This document shows, one piece after another, positions 10,826 to 21,797 of a DNA stretch of 37,518 nucleotides. The notes below the pieces were generated by a model, which was not told where the DNA came from, did no database searches, and saw only the letters and a list, made by a program, of their open reading frames with translations. Position numbers and translations under genes: made by a program. Position 1 is the first letter of the stretch. Every line of letters begins with the position of its first letter. This stretch comes from an uncultured Thermococci archaeon (lineage in GTDB: Archaea > Methanobacteriota_B > Thermococci > Thermococcales > Thermococcaceae), in the NCBI GenBank assembly GCA_964487115.1, contig CAZAPD010000063.1, forward strand, positions 1 through 37,518, in the 5' to 3' direction.

Positions 10826-11431
10826 ATGGCACATGGACCAAGGTATAGGGTTCCATTCAGGAGGAGAAGGGAAGGTAAGACTAACTATCACAAGCGTTTG
10901 GCTTTACTTAAATCTGGCAAGCCCAGATTGGTTGTTAGAAAAACTCTCAATCACCACATAGCACAGATAGTAATTTACGATCCAAAAGGTGACAAAACCG
11001 TCGTTTCAGCTCATACGAGGGAGCTTATGAGAGACTTTGGATGGAAAGGTCACGGCGGAAATACACCGAGTGCTTATCTCCTTGGCTTACTCATTGGATA
11101 CAAGGCTAAAAGAGCTGGTATCGAGGAAGCAATCCTTGACATAGGCCTGCACCCGCCAACAAAAGGCTCAAGCATATTCGCTATCCTCAAAGGTGCGGTT
11201 GATGCAGGCTTAAACGTTCCGCACAGCGAGGAGATTTATCCGGAGGACTACAGGATAAGCGGTGAGCATGTAGCAAACTACGCCAAGGCTCTCAAGGAAG
11301 AAAATGAAGAGCGTTACAGGAAACAGTTTGGCGGTTATTTAATTAAGGGACTTGAACCTGAAAAGCTCCCTGAGCACTTTGAAGAAGTTAAAGCGAGAAT
11401 AATCAAAAAATTTGAGGAGGCGAGAGAATGA
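10826..11431 (+). CDS. rpl18: 50S ribosomal protein L18 (uL18)
   Basis: [31 protein letters not shown]. Confidence 0.97.
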   Translation: MAHGPRYRVPFRRRREGKTNYHKRLALLKSGKPRLVVRKTLNHHIAQIVIYDPKGDKTVVSAHTRELMRDFGWKGHGGNTPSAYLLGLLIGYKAKRAGIEEAILDIGLHPPTKGSSIFAILKGAVDAGLNVPHSEEIYPEDYRISGEHVANYAKALKEENEERYRKQFGGYLIKGLEPEKLPEHFEEVKARIIKKFEEARE

Positions 11432-12135
11432 GTGATCCAAGGGAAATGGCTCAGAGGGTTTTGGAAGAGTGGGAACCCAAAACAAAGCTTGGTATGTTAG
11501 TCAAGGAAGGTCAGATAACTGATATTCACGAGATATTCAGAAAGGGTTATCAGATTAAAGAGCCTGAAATCGTTGATGTACTCCTTCCAGAGGTTAATCT
11601 CAGAGAGAATCAGGAGATACTTGATATAGCTCTGACCGTTAGAATGACTGATAGCGGTAGGAGGATTCGCTTTAGGGTTTTAGCTGCTGTCGGAAACAGA
11701 GATGGTTATGTTGGTCTTGGAATTGGACATGGAAGGGAAGTTGGTATTGCCATCAGGAAGGCCATAAACTACGCCAAGATGAACATTATTGAAATTAAGA
11801 GAGGATGTGGAAGCTGGGAGTGCAGATGCAGAAGGCCGCATTCAATACCCTTCGCGGTTGAGGGCAAAGAAGGGAGTGTGAAGGTCAAGCTCATGCCAGG
11901 GCCGAGAGGCCTTGGACTGGTTATAGGTGATGTTGGCAAGAAGATACTGGCATTGGCAGGTGTTAAGGACGTCTGGTCACAGACGCTTGGTGAAACAAGA
12001 ACTACAGTCAACTTCGCTAAAGCAGTATTCGAAGCCCTCTACAATACAAATAAAGTTGCTGTACAGCCAGATATGGTCAAAAAATACGGCATTGTTGTTG
12101 GGAGAGAGATGTCGGCCAACTTTGAGCTGGAGTGA
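11428..12135 (+). CDS. rps5: 30S ribosomal protein S5 (uS5)
   Basis: [33 protein letters not shown]. Confidence 0.98.
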   Translation: MSDPREMAQRVLEEWEPKTKLGMLVKEGQITDIHEIFRKGYQIKEPEIVDVLLPEVNLRENQEILDIALTVRMTDSGRRIRFRVLAAVGNRDGYVGLGIGHGREVGIAIRKAINYAKMNIIEIKRGCGSWECRCRRPHSIPFAVEGKEGSVKVKLMPGPRGLGLVIGDVGKKILALAGVKDVWSQTLGETRTTVNFAKAVFEALYNTNKVAVQPDMVKKYGIVVGREMSANFELE

Positions 12136-12147
12136 GGTGAGCAAAAA

Positions 12148-12615
12148 ATGGCAAAAATCTCACTAATTAGAATTAGGGGAAGGGTTGGCGTCAAGAGACC
12201 GGTTAGGGATACCTTATCAATGCTCCGCCTTCATAAAGTCAACCACCTTGTTATAGTCGATGACAACCCAACATACAGGGGCATGATACAGAAAGTTAAG
12301 GATTACATAACTTGGGGTGAAATCAACGCTGAAACCTTAGCTAAGCTTATAAGGAAAAGGGGAAGATTAATAGGCAACAAAAAAGTTACAGAGGAATATG
12401 TTCAGGAGAAGCTTGGCATGAGCATTGAGGAGTTTGCGGAGAAAGTCATTAAAGGCGAGATGGAGCTCAGCGATCTGCCAAATCTCAAACCAGTGTTCAG
12501 ACTTCACCCGCCAAAGGGAGGATTCAAAGGCAGCAAGAAGAGAACTTTCAAGGAAGGCGGTGCTCTTGGCTACAGGGGTGAATCAATAAACGAGCTCATT
12601 GAGAAGATGCTCTGA
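12148..12615 (+). CDS. rpl30: 50S ribosomal protein L30 (uL30, long archaeal form)
   Basis: [38 protein letters not shown]. Confidence 0.97.
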   Translation: MAKISLIRIRGRVGVKRPVRDTLSMLRLHKVNHLVIVDDNPTYRGMIQKVKDYITWGEINAETLAKLIRKRGRLIGNKKVTEEYVQEKLGMSIEEFAEKVIKGEMELSDLPNLKPVFRLHPPKGGFKGSKKRTFKEGGALGYRGESINELIEKML

Positions 12616-12625
12616 GGTGGGAGAG

Positions 12626-13072
12626 ATGATTAGGAGAAAGAAAAAAGTGAGAAAGCTCCGCGGAAGTCACACTCACGGATGGGGCTGTAAGAAGAAGCAC
12701 CGGGGTGGAGGCCACAAAGGTGGAAAAGGAATGGGTGGAACAGGGAAGAGGAAAAACACTAAATGGACATGGGTAATTAAGTATGCCCCTGACCATCTCG
12801 GTAAAAGAGGTTTTCACAGACCGAAAGCTGTTCAGTGGGTTCCGAACACTATAAATCTCAAGGACATTGAAGAGAACCTCGACGATTTCATGGCAATGGG
12901 CATTGCATATGAAGAGGGTGGAAGGATTATTGTCGACACGACACAGCTTGGTATTGACAAGGTCCTCGGTACAGGAAAACTCACAAAACCTTTGGTTATC
13001 AAGGCTCGCTATATATCTCCAAAAGCCCAAGAAAAGATAGCTGAAGCAGGGGGAGAGGCTTTATTTGCTTGA
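12626..13072 (+). CDS. rpl15: 50S ribosomal protein L15 (uL15)
   Basis: [36 protein letters not shown]. Confidence 0.97.
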   Translation: MIRRKKKVRKLRGSHTHGWGCKKKHRGGGHKGGKGMGGTGKRKNTKWTWVIKYAPDHLGKRGFHRPKAVQWVPNTINLKDIEENLDDFMAMGIAYEEGGRIIVDTTQLGIDKVLGTGKLTKPLVIKARYISPKAQEKIAEAGGEALFA

Positions 13073-13122
13073 CTCCTTCAAAATCTTTTATTTTACATTA
13101 AAAATCCACAAAGGTGTTGTGC

Positions 13123-14517
13123 ATGGGGAAATTAAGGGACTTGACCTTTGCTATTGAGAGATGGTTTCCAGAAATTGAGAGACCTAAAAAACATGTGGCC
13201 CTTAAAGAGAAGTTTATATGGACGGGAGTTGTTCTCCTCCTGTATTTTGTACTTGCTGAAATTCCATTATACGGTGTTCCACCGAATGTGCAGGATTATT
13301 TTGCCACCTTGAGGTTTGTTCTTGCTGGTAGGAGTGGAACAGTTTTAACTCTTGGAATTGGTCCCCTTGTTACCGCGGGTATTATCATGCAGCTCTTGGT
13401 GGGTTCTGAAATTGTTAAGCTGGACATGTCAAATCCTGATGACAGAAGATTTTACCAGGCTGCTCAAAAGTTGTTTTCAGTGTTCATGTGTTTCTTTGAG
13501 GCGGCAATATATGTTTTTGCAGGGGCTTTCGGAAATCCGGTTACAAGCATAAAGGTGCTCTTGGTGCTACAACTTGCTCTCGGTGGAGTAGTCCTGATGA
13601 TAATGGATGAGCTTGTCAGCAAATGGGGTATTGGGAGCGGTATTAGTCTTTTTATCGCAGCAGGTGTATCCCAACAGGTTATTGTAAAGTCATTAAATCC
13701 ATTAACTACCTCAAAATATATTGATCCTGTTACAGGAAAACCTGCTATAATCGGTGCTGTTCCAGCTTTTATACAACATTTACTCCATGGAGACATTACA
13801 GGAGCACTTTATAGGGGTACAATGCCTGACATGATGGATCTAATGGCAACCATAGTTATCTTCCTCATCGTTGTGTATCTTGAGAGCATGCGTGTTGAAA
13901 TACCCCTCAGCTATGGGAGGGTTACAGTTAGAGGAAGGTATCCAATCAGGTTCATGTACGTTAGTAACATTCCCATTATCCTTACATTTGCCCTCTATGC
14001 AAACGTACAGCTCTGGGCTAGGCTCCTTGAGAGAATTGGACATCCATGGCTCGGAACATTTGATCCTCAGACAGGTGCAGCTTTGAGCGGTTTTGTAACC
14101 TATGTTATTCCTCCGAGGGATATCTACCATGTAATGGCAGATCCAGTTAGAGCACTGATTTTTGCTCTGATGACAATATTCTGGGCTCTGATCTTTGGTT
14201 TCCTATGGGTTGACTTGACGGGACTGGATGCCAAGAGTATAGCAAGGCAACTACAGAGGGCTGGACTTCAAATACCGGGATTCAGAAGGGATCCAAGGAT
14301 CCTTGAAAGGGTTCTCAACAGGTATATCCCATATGTCACCTTCTGGGGATCATTTACACTTGCAATAGTCGCAGTGCTGGCCGATTTCCTCGGAGCTCTT
14401 GGTACTGGAACAGGGATACTCCTTACTGTAGGTATCCTTTACAGATTCTATGAAGAGATAGCCAGAGAACAAGCAACAGAAATGTTCCCAGCATTGAGGA
14501 GATTCTTCAGCACTTAA
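13123..14517 (+). CDS. secY: Preprotein translocase subunit SecY
   Basis: [52 protein letters not shown]; multiple TM segments. Confidence 0.98.
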   Translation: MGKLRDLTFAIERWFPEIERPKKHVALKEKFIWTGVVLLLYFVLAEIPLYGVPPNVQDYFATLRFVLAGRSGTVLTLGIGPLVTAGIIMQLLVGSEIVKLDMSNPDDRRFYQAAQKLFSVFMCFFEAAIYVFAGAFGNPVTSIKVLLVLQLALGGVVLMIMDELVSKWGIGSGISLFIAAGVSQQVIVKSLNPLTTSKYIDPVTGKPAIIGAVPAFIQHLLHGDITGALYRGTMPDMMDLMATIVIFLIVVYLESMRVEIPLSYGRVTVRGRYPIRFMYVSNIPIILTFALYANVQLWARLLERIGHPWLGTFDPQTGAALSGFVTYVIPPRDIYHVMADPVRALIFALMTIFWALIFGFLWVDLTGLDAKSIARQLQRAGLQIPGFRRDPRILERVLNRYIPYVTFWGSFTLAIVAVLADFLGALGTGTGILLTVGILYRFYEEIAREQATEMFPALRRFFST

Positions 14518-14537
14518 ATTCTTTTTATTTAAATCCC

Positions 14538-14553
14538 AATAAACCTTTTAAAC
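14538..14553 (+). promoter_or_regulatory. Possible internal BRE/TATA promoter for adk
   Basis: AATAAACC-TTTTAAA about 48 nt upstream of ATG 14600. Confidence 0.45.
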
Positions 14554-14599
14554 CAAGCTTCTTTTATTATTGCGGAACTCTCATTTTAGGTGATCTCAA

Positions 14600-15190
14600 A
14601 TGCCGTTTGTAGTCATCATAACCGGAATTCCGGGAGTAGGGAAAAGTACAATAACAAGATTAGCCCTTAAGAAAACGAGGGCAAAGTTTAGACTGGTTAA
14701 TTTCGGAGATCTGATGTTTAATGAAGCACTCAGGTTGGGACTCGTGAAACACAGGGATGAAATGAGAAGACTTAGCTTTACAGTGCAAAAAACTCTCCAA
14801 ATGGAAGTTGCCAGGAGGATAAGTGAGATTGCAAAAAAGGAACCAGTTCTGCTGGATACTCATGCAACAATTCGAACACCTGCTGGTTATCTTTTGGGAT
14901 TCCCCAGAGAGGTTATTGAGGCAATAAATCCAAACTTCATTGTAATTATAGAGGCTACACCAAGCGAAATACTTGGCAGACGTCTGAGGGATCTAAAGAG
15001 AGACAGAGATGTTGAAACTGAAGAGCAAATAGAGAGACATCAGGATTTAAATAGGGCTGCTGCAATAAGTTATGCCATGCATTCCAATGCACTTATAAAG
15101 ATAATTGAGAATCATGAAGATAAAGGTCTGCAAGAAGCTGTGAATGAACTGGTGAAAATACTTGATCTGGCGGTGAGTGAATATGCTTGA
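14600..15190 (+). CDS. adkA: Adenylate kinase (archaeal type)
   Basis: P-loop [28 protein letters not shown]; follows secY. Confidence 0.95.
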   Translation: MPFVVIITGIPGVGKSTITRLALKKTRAKFRLVNFGDLMFNEALRLGLVKHRDEMRRLSFTVQKTLQMEVARRISEIAKKEPVLLDTHATIRTPAGYLLGFPREVIEAINPNFIVIIEATPSEILGRRLRDLKRDRDVETEEQIERHQDLNRAAAISYAMHSNALIKIIENHEDKGLQEAVNELVKILDLAVSEYA

Positions 15191-15710
15191 GGGAATATAT
15201 GCATTTTTGGACAAAGTGTTTGGGCCAATGATAATGAATTACCACCCCCTTTGGGTGGTCACTGTCTCAGGAATAATCCTCGGTGCGTTCTTTACACTCC
15301 TAAATTATGTCCTCGTCGATCAGGAAAAAATGAAGAAGCTTCAAAAGATGAGTAAGGAATTTCAGAAAGAGTATAAAGCGGCTCAAGCTGCAAAGGATGA
15401 AAAGAAGATGAGAAAACTCCAGCAAAAGCAGATGGAACTTTTGAAACTCCAGAATGAGGTCATGAAAGATTCAATGCTCAAGCCGATGATATTTACACTC
15501 CCGATATTTTGGATATTTTTCGGTTGGCTGAGAAGATGGTATGTTGAAGTTGGCATCGTGAAAGCCCCGTTCAACTTTTTCCTCTTTGACTGGTTCCATA
15601 AGATGTATCATTCAGGACTTCCGCCGAGCGAGCTCGGCTACATCGGGTGGTATGTGCTGACTTCAATGGCAGTCGGCTACATCCTGAGGAAATTCCTTGA
15701 TATGGCTTAG
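15183..15710 (+). CDS. DUF106 / EMC3-TMCO1 (Oxa1 superfamily) membrane protein
   Basis: TM, then coiled coil ([10 protein letters not shown]...), then [12 protein letters not shown] and [10 protein letters not shown]; conserved position after adk. Confidence 0.88.
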   Translation: MLEGIYAFLDKVFGPMIMNYHPLWVVTVSGIILGAFFTLLNYVLVDQEKMKKLQKMSKEFQKEYKAAQAAKDEKKMRKLQQKQMELLKLQNEVMKDSMLKPMIFTLPIFWIFFGWLRRWYVEVGIVKAPFNFFLFDWFHKMYHSGLPPSELGYIGWYVLTSMAVGYILRKFLDMA

Positions 15711-15755
15711 TTAAATTTAAAAATGGATTGCAAAAAGCTAAAGCAGGTGATGAGA

Positions 15756-16022
15756 ATGAGGCCAATGTACAGGTCAAGATCATGGAGAAGAAAATACGTT
15801 AGAACCCCGGGAGGAAGAACGGTTATACACTTCGAAAGAAAAAAGCCTAAGGTCCCTCACTGTGCCCTCTGTGGGAGGCCACTCAACGGCTATCCGAGGG
15901 GCAGACCGAGTGAAATAAGAAAGCTCTCAAAGACTCAGAAGAGACCAGAGAGACCTTATCCAAACCTCTGTCCCAGCTGTATGAGGAAGGTCATAAAAGC
16001 TCAAATAAGGGCAGCTCTTTGA
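15756..16022 (+). CDS. rpl34e: 50S ribosomal protein L34e
   Basis: [28 protein letters not shown]. Confidence 0.96.
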   Translation: MRPMYRSRSWRRKYVRTPGGRTVIHFERKKPKVPHCALCGRPLNGYPRGRPSEIRKLSKTQKRPERPYPNLCPSCMRKVIKAQIRAAL

Positions 16023-16032
16023 AGGGATTTCC

Positions 16033-16596
16033 ATGCCAAAGAACTGCCTTGTAATAACTGTCAGCGGATTAGCAGGTTCAGGAACGACAACATTGTGCAG
16101 AAATTTGGCGAGATACTATGGATTTAAGCATATCTATGCTGGGTTGATCTTTCGTCAGATGGCCAAGGAAATGGGAATGACTCTCGAAGAATTCCAGAAA
16201 TATGCTGAGCTTCATCCCGAAGTTGACAGAGAAGTCGACAGGAGACAGGTAGAGGCAGCCAGGGAGTGCAATGTCGTGATTGAAGGTCGATTAGCTGGTT
16301 GGATGGTTAGGAGGGCAGATTTAAAAATCTGGCTCGATGCTCCTATACGGGAGAGAGCTAAAAGAGTTGCCCGTAGAGAAGGTATAACTGTGGAAAAAGC
16401 CTTCATGGCAATAGCTGAGAGGGAGAAACAGAACAGAAAAAGATATTTAAACCTCTATGGTATTGACATAGATGATTTATCAATTTACGATTTGGTGATT
16501 GATACTTCAAAATGGGGTCCCGATGGGGTCTTTAGCATAGTAAAGGCCGCCATCGACCACCTGTACCCCGATGGCGACACGGGGGATAAAAACTAA
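16033..16596 (+). CDS. cmk: Cytidylate kinase (archaeal)
   Basis: [35 protein letters not shown]. Confidence 0.93.
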   Translation: MPKNCLVITVSGLAGSGTTTLCRNLARYYGFKHIYAGLIFRQMAKEMGMTLEEFQKYAELHPEVDREVDRRQVEAARECNVVIEGRLAGWMVRRADLKIWLDAPIRERAKRVARREGITVEKAFMAIAEREKQNRKRYLNLYGIDIDDLSIYDLVIDTSKWGPDGVFSIVKAAIDHLYPDGDTGDKN

Positions 16597-16610
16597 GGAG
16601 GTGGAATGAA

Positions 16611-16862
16611 ATGCCTGCAATTGAAGTTGGGAGACTCGCTGTTATTATAGCCGGAAGGAGGGCTGGAGAAAAGGTCGTCGTCGTTGACGTCATTGATAGA
16701 AACTTTGTCCTCGTTACCGGTGCAGGAATGAACAAAGTGAAGAGGAGAAGGATGAATATAAAGCATCTCGAACCCCTTCCAGAGAAGATCAGCATCGAGC
16801 GCGGTGCCGACGACGAGATTGTTAAAGCTGCTCTTGAACAGGCCGGAATTAGTCTTGAATGA
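16611..16862 (+). CDS. rpl14e: 50S ribosomal protein L14e
   Basis: IEVGR...[19 protein letters not shown]. Confidence 0.96.
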   Translation: MPAIEVGRLAVIIAGRRAGEKVVVVDVIDRNFVLVTGAGMNKVKRRRMNIKHLEPLPEKISIERGADDEIVKAALEQAGISLE

Positions 16863-16932
16863 AAGGGGGATTTTCCCCTTTTACTTCTCAATGCTTTTAA
16901 CCCTATTCTTTCAAATCTTTCTGGTGGTTTTT

Positions 16933-17640
16933 ATGAAAATCGCGTTGGTAACAGGTGCAACTGGTGGAATTGGAGGAATTCTTGTTATGGAGCTCATTGA
17001 GAGAGGTTATTATGTTATTGGTGTCGGAAGAAAGAGGGAAAAACTCCAGGAATTGAAATCTGATGGTAATTTTGACTATATCGTGGCTGACCTGAGTAAA
17101 TCAGACAGCCCCAAGAGAATAGCTCACTTTTTATCTGATCTCGGTATCTCAACTCTTGAGCTGTTAATAAACAATGCTGGTTTCGCTATAAGAAAACCTC
17201 TACTTGAACATTCCGATGAAGAGCTTGAAAACATCTTCAGGGTGAATGCATTGGCACCTGTGGAGCTAACGCGTCATCTTCTGCCCTTCTTCCGTGAAGG
17301 TTCTACCGTGGTCTTCATAATCAGCGGCGTCGCCTTTATCAACGTTCCTGAGTTGCCATCATATTGTGCTGCTAAAGGTGCTCTTCATTATCTTGCGGTT
17401 AATCTGGAGACAGAGCTTAAGGAAAGGGGAGTCCATATTATGAAGGTATATCCAAAACAGGTTAAAACGAAATTCTGGGGTAAGAAAGTGCCAAAGGGAT
17501 CAATAGAACCAGAGCGTGTTGTAGAAGCCCTTCTGAAAGGGCTTGAGAAAGGCAGGCGGGAGGTTTTCGTGCCGGGTTATCTTAAATTGATTACATACCT
17601 TCCTAACTGGCCAGTTTTCACGTATCGGTTCAGGTATTAA
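16933..17640 (+). CDS. Short-chain dehydrogenase/reductase (SDR) family oxidoreductase
   Basis: TGATGGIG, INNAG, catalytic S...YCAAK; ATG 16933 after a GGTGG SD. Confidence 0.9.
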   Translation: MKIALVTGATGGIGGILVMELIERGYYVIGVGRKREKLQELKSDGNFDYIVADLSKSDSPKRIAHFLSDLGISTLELLINNAGFAIRKPLLEHSDEELENIFRVNALAPVELTRHLLPFFREGSTVVFIISGVAFINVPELPSYCAAKGALHYLAVNLETELKERGVHIMKVYPKQVKTKFWGKKVPKGSIEPERVVEALLKGLEKGRREVFVPGYLKLITYLPNWPVFTYRFRY

Positions 17641-17642
17641 GG

Positions 17643-17815
17643 ATAGAGGAAGTTATAAAACATGTTCTCGGGCAGATTGCCAAAACTGATACAGAGATCG
17701 AGATCATAGAAAAATCATCATGCTACTTCACAAAGAGTTAAAAACTGACACGTTGATGAATGTTTTAAAGCTGGGATTGAAGAATGAGTTCATGGAGATG
17801 GTAAATAATCCGTAG
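17643..17815 (+). pseudogene. Probable relic of a HicA-family toxin gene
   Basis: One frame gives IEEVIKHVL...; after a frameshift, IIMLLHKELKTDTLMNVLKLGLKNEFMEMVNNP*, resembling the HicA C-terminal pattern VP-x-H-x-EL-K-x-GTL-x-x-IL. Confidence 0.45.
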
Positions 17816-17824
17816 GTGATATTC

Positions 17825-18829
17825 ATGGCGAGGGATGAAGTGAGGAGAATTCTTCCTGCTGACATAAAGCGAGAAGTCTTGGTTAAGGACGAGAAAGCTG
17901 AGACCAACCCGAAGTGGGGCTTTCCGCCGGAGAAGAGGCCGATGGAGATGCACATGCAGTTCGGCATAATCAACCTCGATAAACCGCCGGGACCAACGAG
18001 TCATGAGGTTGTTGCATGGGTTAAGAAGCTTTTTAACCTCAACAAGGCCGGTCACGGCGGAACCCTTGACCCCAAGGTCAGCGGTGTTCTACCGGTTGCA
18101 CTTGAGAGAGCAACGAGGGTTGTTCAGGCCCTTTTGCCGGCCGGAAAAGAATACGTGGCTTTAATGCACCTTCATGGGGACGTTCCTGAGGACAAGATTC
18201 GGGCCGTTATGAGAGAGTTCCAGGGGGAGATAATCCAGAGGCCCCCCCTGAGAAGTGCTGTTAAGAGGCGCTTGAGGACGAGGAAGGTTTACTACATTGA
18301 CATCCTTGAGATTGAAAGCAGGGATGTGCTCTTCCGCGTTGGCGTTGAGGCCGGAACCTACATCCGTTCACTCATTCACCACATCGGCTTAGCTTTGGGT
18401 GTTGGAGCGCACATGGCCGAGCTGAGGAGAACGAGAAGCGGACCATTTAGGGAGGACGAGACGCTGGTGACACTTCACGATCTGGTTGACTACTACCACT
18501 TCTGGAAGGAGGATGGAATCGAGGAGTACTTCAGAAAGGCAATACAGCCCATGGAGAGAGCGGTGGAGCACCTCCCCAAGGTGTGGATCAGGGATTCCGC
18601 CGTTGCTGCCGTAACCTACGGCGCCGATTTGGCCGTTCCCGGTATAGTCAAGCTCCACAAGGGCATCAAGGCCGGTGACCTTGTTGCTATAATGACCCTC
18701 AAGGATGAGCTCGTTGCTCTGGGAAAGGCGATGATGACGAGCGGTGAGATGCTCCAGAGGAGCAAAGGTATAGCAGTGGATGTAGATAAGGTCTTCATGC
18801 CGAGGGACTGGTATCCGAAACTCTGGTGA
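17825..18829 (+). CDS. cbf5: H/ACA RNA-guided pseudouridine synthase Cbf5 (TruB family)
   Basis: DKPPGPTSHEV, catalytic GHGGTLDPKVSGVL, GTYIR, C-terminal PUA domain. Confidence 0.97.
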   Translation: MARDEVRRILPADIKREVLVKDEKAETNPKWGFPPEKRPMEMHMQFGIINLDKPPGPTSHEVVAWVKKLFNLNKAGHGGTLDPKVSGVLPVALERATRVVQALLPAGKEYVALMHLHGDVPEDKIRAVMREFQGEIIQRPPLRSAVKRRLRTRKVYYIDILEIESRDVLFRVGVEAGTYIRSLIHHIGLALGVGAHMAELRRTRSGPFREDETLVTLHDLVDYYHFWKEDGIEEYFRKAIQPMERAVEHLPKVWIRDSAVAAVTYGADLAVPGIVKLHKGIKAGDLVAIMTLKDELVALGKAMMTSGEMLQRSKGIAVDVDKVFMPRDWYPKLW

Positions 18830-18902
18830 CGAAAGACAAAGGGGCTCTGTTCCCTTATCTCTCTGCGAGTGCTCCAGCTTGTACCGGAGCTTTTGAGGTG
18901 GT

Positions 18903-20007
18903 ATGCGGAGGAGAGGAAAGAAGCATTTTCTCTCTAAACTTTTTTATCGGAACAGTTTTTCTGGCAATCCTGTTCCACTATATCCTTTTGCTTTCACTGG
19001 AGGAAAGCTTTTTGTTTGCAGTCATCTCATCACTCCTCTATACATTTGCGCATGCCTCTTGGAAAAGACCCGATGAACGGCGGGGAGAGTTCCAATTTTT
19101 AAAATCTTCAATCATCGGGTATGTACTCTTTTTCTGATTTCGTTTGGGTTCGGAGTGTTTTTATTTGGGCTTATCCACGCGGTGTTCGCAAAACCGGGCA
19201 CCTCTTTTGTCCCTCTCGCCAGGCGTTTTGTTCATAATCGGTGCGTCTGTGCTATTCTTCGTGGAAATACTACATGAGAGGGACAAGAAAACACCCGAAA
19301 AAGTTCTCTACTCTTGGCGAAACTTCCTCAAGGAACTTTCAACGTCCCTTCTCGTGTTCGCAATTGCATACTTCTCAGGAGTGAGTCTGGAAAAGAATGT
19401 TTCAATGGCGCTTTACGTTTTTGTTCTGGCCAGCTGGTACTATTCCATGATGGCTCACAAGTATGTGATATCTGAGCGGATACTCAAAATTAGAACAGCC
19501 ATGAATTTTGTGGCAATTACCTCCGGCCTGCATCTGTTCGTAATTGACAACGTAGTTCTGAGTGTGCTGATCGGGGCACTTTTCGCGGTTGTGTCTGAAA
19601 AAGACTATAAGATAACACGAAAACTTGTGGTAATGGGATTGCTGGAGAGGAGGTACTCAGAAAGCGGAGCAGGGGGTTTGTTTTACGTAATTTCTTATGA
19701 ATTTGGGGCGATGATAGCGTTGATGATGGTTACCGGAAATTGTAGTGTCTCTTCCCTCAGAGAATCCCTGTTAACGATGTTCAGACTGTTATACATATTT
19801 ACGACGATTTTTCTCCCCTTTGGGACGTTTCTTGGATGGTTGAGGTTGAAAATTCATGGGAAAGGCTTTAGAAACGTTGATACGACTTTCTCTGCTTTTC
19901 TGTTTAACTTTCCAGATAAACACAAAACTGAAAAGTTGGTTTTGTTTGTAAGCGCAGTGCCAACACTTCTGATTATTAGGATATATTTCATTTTGCTTGA
20001 ATGTTAA
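18903..20007 (+). pseudogene. Multi-pass membrane protein gene disrupted by at least three frameshifts
   Basis: SD GAGGTG plus ATG 18903. A continuous hydrophobic protein is recovered only by shifting frame at about 18940 (T6 run), 19130 (T5 run) and 19220. The 3' end is uncertain. Confidence 0.65.
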
Positions 20008-20070
20008 ACTTTTCCCTTCTATTCTGCACTCAATAAGTGCTCGCCGAGCCAAACTATCGGGGGGCCTTTA

Positions 20071-20080
20071 CTTTTATAAA
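20071..20080 (+). promoter_or_regulatory. TATA box of the methyltransferase gene (probably leaderless)
   Basis: TTTTATAAA ending 21 nt before ATG 20102; no SD. Confidence 0.55.
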
Positions 20081-20101
20081 TTCCCCTTCGTATCTTTGAC
20101 C

Positions 20102-20689
20102 ATGAGCCACTACTACTCCGAAGAGCCAAACGTTCCGCTGAAGACCAAAACGATAGAGGTTTGCCTCAGGAGTTGCTGCTTCAAGTTCATCACAGCGAGC
20201 GGTGTTTTCTCCTTTGGGAGACTGGACAGAGGAACCAAACTGCTTATTGAGAACATGATACTCGATAAAAACTGGCGTGTCCTTGATCTGGGTTGCGGCT
20301 ACGGGGCGATTGGGATAGTTGCCTCGCGCTTCGTAGACTACGTCGTGATGACCGACGTGAATAGACGGGCAGTAAGCATGGCGAGGAAAAACTTAAAAAT
20401 CAACGGTGTTAAAAACGCAGAGGTGAGATGGGGAAGCCTCTATGAACCTGTAAAGGGCGAGAAGTTCCATAGCATAATAACAAATCCCCCAGTGCATGCG
20501 GGTAAGGAAACGTTAAGGGAAATAGTTATAAATGCTCCCAGGCATCTTCACGATGAAGGCCTGCTTCAACTCGTGATTAAGACGAAGCAGGGCGCAAAAT
20601 ATATTAAGGGTTTAATGGAGGAGAACTTCGCCGAAGTGAGAGAGCTGGCGAAGGGGTCTGGCTATAGAATATATGCCGGGATCGCCTAG
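20102..20689 (+). CDS. Class I SAM-dependent methyltransferase, RsmC/MTS-like
   Basis: MSHYYSEEP, GVFSFGRLDRGT, VLDLGCGYG, ITNPPVHAG. Confidence 0.9.
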   Translation: MSHYYSEEPNVPLKTKTIEVCLRSCCFKFITASGVFSFGRLDRGTKLLIENMILDKNWRVLDLGCGYGAIGIVASRFVDYVVMTDVNRRAVSMARKNLKINGVKNAEVRWGSLYEPVKGEKFHSIITNPPVHAGKETLREIVINAPRHLHDEGLLQLVIKTKQGAKYIKGLMEENFAEVRELAKGSGYRIYAGIA

Positions 20690-20762
20690 CCTGGGATGGC
20701 GCGGGCCTTGAGAGCCCGTGGGCGTCCTGCCCACCGGGGTTCAAATCCCCGTCCCGGCGCCA
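20675..20762 (+). tRNA. tRNA-Ser(TGA)
   Basis: Acceptor GCCGGGA/TCCCGGC, anticodon arm CGGGC-CT-TGA-GA-GCCCG, long variable arm, TTCAAAT loop, encoded CCA. Confidence 0.96.
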
Positions 20763-20797
20763 AAAATCCTTGTAGAGGATTTGGAGGTGTATTTATA

Positions 20798-21247
20798 ATG
20801 ACGGACAATTTCAGACATATAGTGCGTGTAGCGGGTGTTGATTTAAACGGAAATAAGCAGCTTAGATGGGCGCTCACAGGAATCAGGGGGATAGGAATAA
20901 ACTTTGCAACAATGATCTGCAGGGTTGCAGGAATCAATCCCTACATGAAAGCAGGATATCTCACAAATGAGCAGGTTAAAGAGATAGAGAAAATTCTTGA
21001 GAACCCAGTTAAACATGGAATTCCCTCTTGGGCTGTTAACAGGCCAAAGGACTATGAAAGTGGACTTGATAAGCATCTCATCACAGCAAAGCTCGTTATG
21101 GCATGGCGTGAGGATGTTAACAGACTCAGGCGTATAAGAGCGTATAGAGGAATCAGACACGAGCTTGGATTGCCTTTAAGAGGACAGAGAACAAGATCAA
21201 ACTTCAGGCATGGTGCGACTATAGGTGTGAGTAGAAGGAAGAAGTGA
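20798..21247 (+). CDS. rps13: 30S ribosomal protein S13 (uS13)
   Basis: [38 protein letters not shown]. Confidence 0.98.
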   Translation: MTDNFRHIVRVAGVDLNGNKQLRWALTGIRGIGINFATMICRVAGINPYMKAGYLTNEQVKEIEKILENPVKHGIPSWAVNRPKDYESGLDKHLITAKLVMAWREDVNRLRRIRAYRGIRHELGLPLRGQRTRSNFRHGATIGVSRRKK

Positions 21248-21257
21248 GGTGGTTTAA

Positions 21258-21797
21258 ATGGGAGACCCCAAGCGACAAAGAAAGAAATATGAAACTCCAT
21301 CTCATCCTTGGATTAAGGAAAGGCTTGACAGTGAAAGAGTCCTGATGAAAAAATACGCACTCAAAAACAAGAAAGAGCTTTGGAAACATGAGACCCAGCT
21401 CAAGGAATTCAGGAGAAGGGCCAGAAGACTGTTGGCAGCAAGAGGAAAGCAGGCTGAGATTGAGAGACAACAGCTACTTCAGAGGCTGACCAGGCTTGGT
21501 CTTCTTCCTGAAGGTGCGGCTCTCGATGATGTCCTTTCTCTGACCTTGGAGGATATTCTCGAAAGGAGACTTCAGACAATGGTCTTCAAGAGAGGTTTGG
21601 CCAGAACGATTAGACAGGCAAGGCAGTTAATTGTTCACGGGCATATAGAAGTATCCGGCCAGATCATAAGATCTCCCAGCTATCTCGTTCTAAAGGAAGA
21701 GGAGGCTGGAATAACCTATGCACGGAATTCACCATTCACAAAAGAGAGCCATCCTGAAAGAATTGTTATTGAACAGGCTAAAGGTGAGGCACAATGA
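21258..21797 (+). CDS. rps4: 30S ribosomal protein S4 (uS4)
   Basis: [26 protein letters not shown]. Confidence 0.98.
   Translation: MGDPKRQRKKYETPSHPWIKERLDSERVLMKKYALKNKKELWKHETQLKEFRRRARRLLAARGKQAEIERQQLLQRLTRLGLLPEGAALDDVLSLTLEDILERRLQTMVFKRGLARTIRQARQLIVHGHIEVSGQIIRSPSYLVLKEEEAGITYARNSPFTKESHPERIVIEQAKGEAQ

Noticed and set aside
16804..16932. Hydrophobic N-terminal extension of the SDR that looks like a membrane anchor
   Set aside because: Translated T-rich intergenic sequence; the SD and Rossmann motif place the start at 16933.
17745..17810. Possible C/D-box sRNA (TGATGA at about 17754)
   Set aside because: No correctly placed downstream CTGA D box; better explained as a coding relic.
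20696..20797. ORF-track N-terminal extensions of S13, L18e (from 23023) and RpoK (from 24660)
   Set aside because: They read through tRNA genes; SD-supported ATGs lie downstream.
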